Source: a virus
Lineage: Duplodnaviria; Heunggongvirae; Uroviricota; Caudoviricetes
Virus record (IMG/VR): IMGVR_UViG_3300016674_000066
Length of the DNA stretch: 18,257 nt
Direction: 5' to 3' (one strand)
The notes under the pieces are model-generated. The model was not told where the DNA came from. It was given only the letters and a program-made list of their open reading frames with translations, and ran no database searches. Below are positions 1 to 6,768 of this stretch, in pieces (positions within the stretch are counted from its first letter, which is position 1; each line of letters opens with the position of its first letter). Both the position numbers and the translations under genes were made by a program.

Positions 1-1
1 C

Positions 2-2083
2 ACCAACGCGGGCAACGGGGGTGGCTTCTCGCTGGCCGATGGCCTGAAGGCCACGGCAGGCTCGGTGACGGGCGGCACGGTGGCGCTGACCACCTCGACG
101 GTGGGGGCGCACATCACGCTGGCCCTACAACCTTTCGTGGAGCTGCAGCAACTCACCCTGCCGGCTGAGACCGCCTCTTTCACCGTGGCTGGTGCAAACG
201 CCAACCTGCGCAGAACATACACCCCTCTGACAGCCGAATCCGGCACAGCTCTGTTGTCTGGGCAACCCGTCGGGTTTGCCAAAGGGTTCGCGTTTCCTGC
301 GGCGACTGGTGAGTTCGTGGCAACCAACCAGCCCGCCGGGGTCAGGACCGCTCGCAGACTGTTGGCCGATGCGGCCGCGTCTGTCGTCACGGGCCAGGCG
401 GCCAACCTGCGCTCGACGCGTCGGCTGGTGGCGGAGACTTCGGCTTTTGGCACCACGGGCCAGCCCGCCGCTCTGAATAAGGTCTTCCGACTCACCTGCT
501 CGCCCGCCGCGTTCAGCGTCGCTGCTCAGCCCGCAGGCGTGACCAGGACTGCCTCCCTGAAAGCGGATGCGATAGCGTACGCAACTGCCGGGCAGTCGGC
601 GACCGTTCGTCGTACGGTCGAACTCAACACTGACACGGCCTCCGTGGCGGCCGTTGGTCGTGAAGTCGGGCTTCGTGCGATACGGCGCTACCGTCTTACG
701 GCCGACGCTTTGGCCGTATCGGTGTCTCTGCGCCCGGCGGCGCTGTCGGTTCAAAGGCACCTCGCGGCCGCCAGCAGCAGCTACCTGCTCACGCTGTCCG
801 AAGCCACACTGATACCGGAGTTCAACACCCCCGACCCCCGTGTCGAGCCCGCGCTTGGCGAACTCGCGCTGCTGGAGTTGGGCGCAGACCCTATCCAGTT
901 CCGCTACGTACTCAAGGCGAACTCTGCAGCTTTCTCTGCGGCTTTGGTGGATGTCGAGACCATTCTCGACATGAAGCCTGCGAAGCAGCGGCCGGAAGTC
1001 AACGGCGCTGAGCTGCTGTGGTACGAAATCCTCGGCGAGCCGATCCCGGAAAGGTTCATTGAAACCGAGGTTGGTGCGTTCAACCTGACCGGTCAGGACG
1101 CCAAGGTGCTGTATGGGCGCACCGTCAACTCCGTCGTCGGCACTTACACGGCGGCCGGTCAACCCAACGCGTTCCGGCGCACCTACAACCTCAAGGCCAG
1201 CTTCGCGGCTTTCTCGGAAGTGGGGCGGCCCGCCAACCTCCGCACAGCTCGCCGCTTGGTGGCCGACGTCCGGGCGTTTGCGCACGCGGGTCAGCCCGCC
1301 AAAATACTGCGCAACAGGCACCTCCGCGCCGACGTGCGGTCGTATGCGGTGACCGGTGTCGGGATGAACTTCAAGTTCCAGCGGTTCTTGCGCCCGCTGG
1401 TGCGCAGCCTCCTGGTCAGCGGGCAGGCGGCGTCGTTGCTGAGTACCCTGCGACTGCGGGCCGGTACGGGCCGGTACGGCCTCGGCAGCTACTTTGACCC
1501 GGACTACATCGACCCCGGGTACACCACCAACGAAGCCAAGCTGCTGCGGCAGTTCCACATCAGCACGGATGCGGGCGGCTTCGCACTGGCAACCTACGAA
1601 GCGTTTTTCCGCAAGACCAAGCTGTTCATAGCCGACGGCGGCAGCCTTGCCGTGACGGGGTATTCCACCGGGCTGCGCACCGCCCGCCGGTTCCTTGCCG
1701 AACCTGTGGGGTACAGCGCCCAGCCCTACGACATCGGGTTCTCCTGGCAGCACGTCATGCGCCCGTTCCCGGTCACGTTCGACGTCGCGGGCATTGACGC
1801 GGCAATCAGGAAGATCGTCACGCTGTACGCCGACGGAGCTGCGTACACGCTGGAGGGTTACAGCAGCCGCCCGTTCTTCAGCTCGCTGCCACGGGCCGAG
1901 GACTACGTGATGCGCCCGATGGAGCTGCGAGGAACCCTGCGCCCTGTGGAGATGCGACAGACCGTGAGGCCGCAGGAGATGACCACGACCGTGAGGCCCC
2001 AAGACCTGCGAGGCGTCATTCGCCCAGCAGAAGACAGAACCAGCGAACGCGGCGAGGAATCCCGCTACGCAGAACACGAGTGA
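2..2083 (+). CDS. 5'-truncated repeat-rich phage structural protein (>690 aa)
   Basis: Frame is open from nt 2 (TNAGNGGGFSLADGLKATAGSV...), so the GTG at 65 is internal and the true start lies upstream. Ends at TGA 2081-2083. About 21-aa degenerate repeats throughout; lies directly upstream of tail genes. Confidence 0.8.
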   Translation, partial: TNAGNGGGFSLADGLKATAGSVTGGTVALTTSTVGAHITLALQPFVELQQLTLPAETASFTVAGANANLRRTYTPLTAESGTALLSGQPVGFAKGFAFPAATGEFVATNQPAGVRTARRLLADAAASVVTGQAANLRSTRRLVAETSAFGTTGQPAALNKVFRLTCSPAAFSVAAQPAGVTRTASLKADAIAYATAGQSATVRRTVELNTDTASVAAVGREVGLRAIRRYRLTADALAVSVSLRPAALSVQRHLAAASSSYLLTLSEATLIPEFNTPDPRVEPALGELALLELGADPIQFRYVLKANSAAFSAALVDVETILDMKPAKQRPEVNGAELLWYEILGEPIPERFIETEVGAFNLTGQDAKVLYGRTVNSVVGTYTAAGQPNAFRRTYNLKASFAAFSEVGRPANLRTARRLVADVRAFAHAGQPAKILRNRHLRADVRSYAVTGVGMNFKFQRFLRPLVRSLLVSGQAASLLSTLRLRAGTGRYGLGSYFDPDYIDPGYTTNEAKLLRQFHISTDAGGFALATYEAFFRKTKLFIADGGSLAVTGYSTGLRTARRFLAEPVGYSAQPYDIGFSWQHVMRPFPVTFDVAGIDAAIRKIVTLYADGAAYTLEGYSSRPFFSSLPRAEDYVMRPMELRGTLRPVEMRQTVRPQEMTTTVRPQDLRGVIRPAEDRTSERGEESRYAEHE
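152..1860 (+). repeat. Degenerate ~21-aa (63-bp) protein repeats, consensus approx. R-x-L-x-A-x4-[FY]-x3-G-Q-x-A-x-L, in two blocks separated by a unique segment (~810-1055)
   Basis: e.g. RRLLADAAASVVTGQAANLRS / TRRLVAETSAFGTTGQPAALN / ARRLVADVRAFAHAGQPAKIL / NRHLRADVRSYAVTGVGMNFK. Boundaries approximate. Confidence 0.75.
1907..2036 (+). repeat. Degenerate 27-bp / 9-aa repeats at the C-terminus of the first ORF ([VL]RPxE[ML]xx)
   Basis: VMRPMELRG TLRPVEMRQ TVRPQEMTT TVRPQDLRG VIRPAED; ACCGTGAGGCC occurs twice. Confidence 0.7.
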
Positions 2084-2091
2084 GGTGAACC

Positions 2092-2388
2092 ATGATTCTC
2101 GAACGCTACGAAAAGCAACCAGCCGAGCTGAAAGACTACGACATCGACTACGCGGAGTGGCTCGCGCCGGTGAGCGACACCCTGAACACCGTGATCGCTA
2201 CGGTCACCAGCGCGGACGAGGAAACCCCGACACTGACCTGCAACACCGTGTTCGTGAGCCCCACGAGCGCCAAGTTCTGGGTGGCTGGCGGCACGGACGG
2301 TGTCAAGTACAAACTCACGGCCACCGCGACGACCGTGGGCGGTCGTGTCGACCAGTCGGAGCTGGTGTTCACTGTGAAGGACCGCTGA
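2092..2388 (+). CDS. Small phage protein, probable fibre-tail adaptor (98 aa)
   Basis: RBS GAGGTG. Motif pattern K.P.E..DYDIDY..WL ... WVAGGTDG..Y..T....T.GGR resembles a common small beta-rich family found just upstream of tail fibres. Confidence 0.65.
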   Translation: MILERYEKQPAELKDYDIDYAEWLAPVSDTLNTVIATVTSADEETPTLTCNTVFVSPTSAKFWVAGGTDGVKYKLTATATTVGGRVDQSELVFTVKDR

Positions 2389-2389
2389 T

Positions 2390-3019
2390 ATGGCGCAGTT
2401 GTTCGCTAACGCGGCCCGTGCGCCGCTGTTCACCGGGGTCAACGGCACGGCAACGCAGATCGAGGTGCTCCAGGACGGGGGGTTGTTCCCGACGGTCGCA
2501 GCGCCGGACTGGTTCCGGGGCGTGCTTCAGGACGAAAACGGCATTGAAGTGGTGCGAGTGACCGCGCACGCGGCGGGCTCGAACATCTTTACCATCGAAC
2601 GCGGCCAGGAAGGCACCACCGCACGACCGTTTGCTGCGGGTTCTGCGTTCGGGCTTCGGATGACCGCCGCTGACCTGCAGGGGTTTCTGGCCCAAGCTGC
2701 CACGCTGACTTCTGACGTTGCCACGCTGACTTCTGACGTTGCCACGCTGACTTCTGACGTTGCCACGCTGACGACGAGTAAGGCGGACGCCAACACCGTG
2801 GTCACGCTGACTGGAAACCAGACCATCGCTGGAACCAAGACGTTTTCCAGCCCGACTGTCGCCGCAGGTTTCTACAACAGCGGGGCGTTTTACAAAAACG
2901 CGAGTATTGTTAGCACCAACACAACCATACCTTCTGGTGAAAACTGGATGAGCGTTGGTCCGGTGGAGATCGCCTCGGGTACTGCGGTAACTGTGGACGG
3001 GGAGTGGGTGATCGTATGA
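2390..3019 (+). CDS. Short tail fibre 1 (209 aa): N-terminal anchor, heptad stalk, small C-terminal beta domain
   Basis: N-terminus (I.RGQEGTTAR.F.AG...GLR.TAAD) is paralogous to 5682..6767. Contains the fibre-type motif VTLTGNQTIAGTKTF and ends MSVGPVEIASGTAVTVDGEWVIV. Confidence 0.75.
   Translation: MAQLFANAARAPLFTGVNGTATQIEVLQDGGLFPTVAAPDWFRGVLQDENGIEVVRVTAHAAGSNIFTIERGQEGTTARPFAAGSAFGLRMTAADLQGFLAQAATLTSDVATLTSDVATLTSDVATLTTSKADANTVVTLTGNQTIAGTKTFSSPTVAAGFYNSGAFYKNASIVSTNTTIPSGENWMSVGPVEIASGTAVTVDGEWVIV
2698..2772 (+). repeat. Perfect 21-bp tandem repeat TGCCACGCTGACTTCTGACGT, 3 full copies plus 12 bp, encoding the heptad ATLTSDV
   Basis: Read directly: units at 2698, 2719 and 2740, partial copy at 2761-2772; no mismatches; in frame. 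Confidence 0.97.
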
Positions 3020-3603
3020 GCTTACTGACTGTCAACCAATTGCAGGCGCAGGACGCCGCCACTAACATCATCACACTGTCTCCGGGCGACAGTGTGTATT
3101 CCCCCGGCTCTGTGGTGCAGGTAGTGGAAACTTACATCACTACACCCACTGCAGTTTCTGTTCCTGCCAACGTCGCTGGCTACACCAGCATCCCGGACCT
3201 GTCGGCCTCCATTACACCTAAAAAGCTCGGCAGCCGGATATTTGTGCAGGTCAGGTGGCTCGGGGAGTGGAGTGGTCAGACGCAGAACTGGGACTCCATG
3301 TTTGGTGTCCGCCGTAACGGCGTGTCGATTGGCGAGAACCCTGGATCGGCCACAGCGGGAAGCTCACGCGGCATCGCCCCTTCGCTGCTGACACACTATG
3401 CGGACGACGGCAATAGCACGTTGGAAGTTTGCCACTTCACTGTGCTTGATTCACCAAATAGCGCGGCCTTGCTAACCTACCAGGTGTTTGTAAATGCCAG
3501 TGCAGCCAGAACACTTTTCACGAACCGGGTGGTGAACGGCGCTGCAGGCTCCGGCTTTGAATACGGCTCCAGCTCCATCACTCTGTGGGAGATAGCGCAA
3601 TGA
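3016..3603 (+). CDS. Tail-associated beta-rich protein, paralogue 1 of 3
   Basis: ATG 3016 overlaps the previous TGA (ATGA). PGSVVQV ... SSITLWEIAQ motifs are shared with the next two ORFs. Confidence 0.75.
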   Translation: MSLLTVNQLQAQDAATNIITLSPGDSVYSPGSVVQVVETYITTPTAVSVPANVAGYTSIPDLSASITPKKLGSRIFVQVRWLGEWSGQTQNWDSMFGVRRNGVSIGENPGSATAGSSRGIAPSLLTHYADDGNSTLEVCHFTVLDSPNSAALLTYQVFVNASAARTLFTNRVVNGAAGSGFEYGSSSITLWEIAQ

Positions 3604-4160
3604 GCCAGATCGCTGTTTCAACGCTCACGTCCAGAAACGGCACCGGGGTTATCGGGGTTCCAGCCGGTAACTCCATCGTGGCTGCCGATGTTGGCGCGTT
3701 TCGTGCCCCCGGGCAGATTCTGCAGGTCAGGACGGTCCGCACTTCTGCGACCCGTTACTCGATCGCCACGCAAGACATTTCAGCCATCCCGGAGCTGTCA
3801 ATCAGTTTCACACCGGTGCTGCCAAATTCAGCCGTTTTGCTGACCGCTATGATTAACGCCAACTCTCAACATGTGGCCACTTACGGTTTTTTGAAAGGCG
3901 GCAGTCCGATTATCAGCAACACCAACACCAACTCCAGCGGGTCCATCCTTACTGTGTACGACGGCCAGGATGTCACCGATTACATGTACGGGCAGTACAT
4001 CGAGTTTTGGGATACCGTCACGTCCACCTCACCCATTACATACGCCGCCGCCGCTTGCGCATCCTGGGCCGGGACCATACGCACGCTGCTTATCAACGAC
4101 CGAGCCGCCGGCGACATGCGCAGCATCAGCAGCATGACCATCTATGAGGTGGCCCAGTGA
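3600..4160 (+). CDS. Tail-associated beta-rich protein, paralogue 2 of 3
   Basis: ATGA overlap at 3600. PGQILQV ... SSMTIYEVAQ. Confidence 0.75.
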   Translation: MSQIAVSTLTSRNGTGVIGVPAGNSIVAADVGAFRAPGQILQVRTVRTSATRYSIATQDISAIPELSISFTPVLPNSAVLLTAMINANSQHVATYGFLKGGSPIISNTNTNSSGSILTVYDGQDVTDYMYGQYIEFWDTVTSTSPITYAAAACASWAGTIRTLLINDRAAGDMRSISSMTIYEVAQ

Positions 4161-4711
4161 GCGCGTTGCGGACGCCTAGGTTGACAGCCTCTGGCGGGCA
4201 GGTTTCGTTGCCAACTGGTAATGCACTGTCTGCTCCGGCTGGAGGATTTCTCGCCCCTGGCCGGGTTATCCAGGTGCGCCACGCACGAACGCCGGCCACA
4301 CGGTACACCATTGCTGCTCAGGATTTGCAGGCCATCCCAGGGCTCGAAATCCACTTCACCCCTTTGAGGTCTAACTCTTTGATTAGGTTGGCTGCCATGG
4401 TCAACGGAATGGCCAACTACGTCGAGACGGTCGGATTCCTGCGCAACGGCTCCCCGGTTGTGAACAACACCAACGTCAACTCTAACGGGTCCATTCTGAC
4501 GACGTATGACGGCGGGCCAATAGACGCCGACTACATTCATGGGAGGTACATAGAGTTCTACGACAGCGTTAACGGGGCGCCCTCCATCACGTACTCGGTC
4601 GGCGTATCTTCTTCCTGGAACGGGACCGTCTACACTACTTACATCAACGACAGAGTCTCTAACGACATGCGCAGCATCAGTTCAATGACAATTTGGGAGA
4701 TTGCCCAATGA
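4157..4711 (+). CDS. Tail-associated beta-rich protein, paralogue 3 of 3
   Basis: GTGA overlap at 4157. PGRVIQV ... SSMTIWEIAQ; about half of core residues identical to paralogue 2 by eye. Confidence 0.75.
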   Translation: MSALRTPRLTASGGQVSLPTGNALSAPAGGFLAPGRVIQVRHARTPATRYTIAAQDLQAIPGLEIHFTPLRSNSLIRLAAMVNGMANYVETVGFLRNGSPVVNNTNVNSNGSILTTYDGGPIDADYIHGRYIEFYDSVNGAPSITYSVGVSSSWNGTVYTTYINDRVSNDMRSISSMTIWEIAQ

Positions 4712-5277
4712 CATCCGCACTCCGACTTTCTGAAGTCCGAACACAGTCCGGCACTGTTGCACTGGACGTTGAAAAACTCTCCACGGGTGGGCGCTACGTT
4801 CGACAGAGTTTGGTCGAAGTCATTTCAAATACAGCGAGCTTTACAACCACCTGGGTGTTAGCACTGCAGTTCCCTTCGATGGTCGGCTTCAAAGCTGGTT
4901 CTTTGGTTCGACTGACTTACGTTGTCCCATGCCGAAACGACAGCACCTCTTGGGGCGGGGCGTATCTGGAGCCGCAAGTTTCCATATCTGGCGGAGCCTA
5001 CCAAAGTCTCGGCTCTTGCGGGTATGACGGCAGCGTAATGAACAACACTGGCGGGGCTGTCGGTACTTACACCAACATGATCTTGATTGACCCGGCTCAG
5101 GCGTCAGACTTCAGCCTCCAGTTTCGCCTGTACGCTAGATCGTATGACGGCACGGCGGTAATTAACGGCAGCCACGAAATTAACGCCCTCAGCGGCACGG
5201 CTTCACTCATGTCAGGAGTCAATGGACTGCAGCACTACGCGCACATCATCGTGGACGAACTTGCTTCACTGTACTAG
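4708..5277 (+). CDS. Hypothetical tail-associated protein (Ser/Thr/Gly-rich, probably all-beta)
   Basis: ATGA overlap at 4708; similar size and composition to the preceding paralogues; ends ...HIIVDELASLY, stop TAG. Confidence 0.65.
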   Translation: MTSALRLSEVRTQSGTVALDVEKLSTGGRYVRQSLVEVISNTASFTTTWVLALQFPSMVGFKAGSLVRLTYVVPCRNDSTSWGGAYLEPQVSISGGAYQSLGSCGYDGSVMNNTGGAVGTYTNMILIDPAQASDFSLQFRLYARSYDGTAVINGSHEINALSGTASLMSGVNGLQHYAHIIVDELASLY

Positions 5278-5289
5278 TAGGAGAAAACC

Positions 5290-5601
5290 ATGCGACGCAT
5301 TACTTTACCCGACGCCATTCAGTCTCTGCGCCCCGGTGCGCAGTGGGTTCTTCGAGGCGACGACTACTCCGGCCTTGAGTGGAAGTCCGATGGGTTGCCG
5401 CCAACCGAACAAGACTTGGCGCTGGAGGTTGACAGACTGCAAAAAGCGGCCGATGCCGTGGCCTACAGATACATGCGGCGCAAAGAATACCCACCCGTCG
5501 AAGACTACCTCGACGCGGTCGTCAAGGGTGACTCCGCCGCTGTCCAGGCGTACATCGACGCCTGTAACGCTGTAAAAGCCAAGCACCCAAAGCCAGCTTA
5601 A
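5290..5601 (+). CDS. Probable tail fibre assembly chaperone (XkdW-like small protein)
   Basis: RBS AGGAG. Motifs AIQSLRPGAQW.L.GDDYSGLEW and YRYMRRKEYPPVEDYLDA...AVKAKHPKP resemble small proteins that follow fibre cassettes in aquatic phages. Confidence 0.6.
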   Translation: MRRITLPDAIQSLRPGAQWVLRGDDYSGLEWKSDGLPPTEQDLALEVDRLQKAADAVAYRYMRRKEYPPVEDYLDAVVKGDSAAVQAYIDACNAVKAKHPKPA

Positions 5602-5606
5602 CCACA

Positions 5607-5635
5607 TTCCAAAATTCTCCCCTGACGGCTACAAT
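5607..5635 (+). promoter_or_regulatory. Possible sigma70-type promoter upstream of fibre 2
   Basis: TTCCAA (5607-12), 17-bp spacer, TACAAT (5630-35) in an 80-bp intergenic gap. The -10 is 5/6 but the -35 only 3/6. Confidence 0.3.
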
Positions 5636-5681
5636 CTAACGCGTCTAGCTAGTTAGGGTCTAACTGCAGAAGGACCAGGAC

Positions 5682-6767
5682 ATGCCTCAACTCTTTACCA
5701 ACAATGCTCGAGCTCTTCTCGCATCGGGCATCACCGACACGGCAACATCGTTGACCGTTGAGGCCGGCAAGGCCGACCTGTTTCCGACTGCAAACACCAA
5801 CACCGCATCCGTCCCGGCATCGGCGACCAACTGGTTCAAGCTCACGCTGCAGGACGCCGTCGGCAACGTCGAAATCATCTACGTTCGCACGCGCGCCGCA
5901 GGCTCCGCCGTGATGAGCAACATCATCCGTGGCCAGGAGGGAACGACCGCTCGAGCGTTTTCTGCGGGCACGGTGGTTGGCCTGCGCATAACTGCAGCCG
6001 ACGTTGAGGGCTCGATTGCCAACGGTCTCAACTCTGTGCAGCTGACAGGCGCCCAGAGCATCAACGGCGCCAAGACGTTCACAAGCCAAATCACGGCCAG
6101 CGGCGGAGTCGCCGGCAACGTGACCGGCAACGTGGCCGGAAACGTTGATGGCTCAACCGGTAAATTCTCTGGAAGTGTGGTTGCTGGCGGCACAGGCGCT
6201 GCAGCAGCAGCCCTGGATGTGCAGACTACAGGCGCCAACACCGTGACTTCGCTGCTCACCACAGGCCTGAGCGATCCGAATTTCAGAATCGGCGCGGCAA
6301 ACGGCATTGCTGGTAGCGCTGGGACTTCCCAGGGCAAGCTTGGGCTGTTCTATCTCGGCATCGGGGAGACTGCAACGATTGACTTCCGACGTGGCGCAAG
6401 CACGACCGATGGCGCCTTCGCGTTCCGCACAAACAGCACCGACCGCGCGACACTGGACAACTCGGGCAACTTCATCGCGACAGGAAACGTCACCGCCTAC
6501 TCGGACATCCGACTCAAGACGGACCTGACCAAGATCGCAGACGCACTGAGCAAGGTCAACCAGCTCAACGGCTACACCTACACCCGCATCGACACGGGCG
6601 AGCGCCACGCCGGTGTGGTCGCCCAAGAAGTGCAGAAGGTGCTACCCGAAGTTGTTCACACCAGCGAGGATGGCAAGCTGTCGGTTGCCTACGGCAACAT
6701 GGTGGGTCTGCTGATTGAGGCAGTCAAAGAGCTGACCGCCCGGATGGAGAAGTTGGAGGCACGCTGA
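5682..6767 (+). CDS. Tail fibre 2 with C-terminal intramolecular chaperone / peptidase S74 domain (361 aa)
   Basis: RBS AGGA; anchor shared with 2390..3019. YSDIRLK (S274 at 6501, K279) ... AGVVAQEVQKVLPEVV ... SVAYGNMVGLLIEAVKEL is the classic S74 signature with its terminal coiled coil. Confidence 0.9.
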   Translation: MPQLFTNNARALLASGITDTATSLTVEAGKADLFPTANTNTASVPASATNWFKLTLQDAVGNVEIIYVRTRAAGSAVMSNIIRGQEGTTARAFSAGTVVGLRITAADVEGSIANGLNSVQLTGAQSINGAKTFTSQITASGGVAGNVTGNVAGNVDGSTGKFSGSVVAGGTGAAAAALDVQTTGANTVTSLLTTGLSDPNFRIGAANGIAGSAGTSQGKLGLFYLGIGETATIDFRRGASTTDGAFAFRTNSTDRATLDNSGNFIATGNVTAYSDIRLKTDLTKIADALSKVNQLNGYTYTRIDTGERHAGVVAQEVQKVLPEVVHTSEDGKLSVAYGNMVGLLIEAVKELTARMEKLEAR

Positions 6768-6768
6768 T

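Noticed and set aside
125-2077. 650-aa minus-strand ORF
   Set aside because: Exactly codon-in-register antisense of the plus-strand gene. Expected when TTA/CTA/TCA codons are rare in high-GC genes; no recognisable motifs.
2698-2772. Possible CRISPR array
   Set aside because: Repeats abut with no spacers and sit in frame within a CDS.
3600-4711. Possible DGR template/variable repeat pair
   Set aside because: Differences between the copies are not adenine-restricted and include synonymous changes and indels; both copies are full ORFs; no reverse transcriptase in the window.
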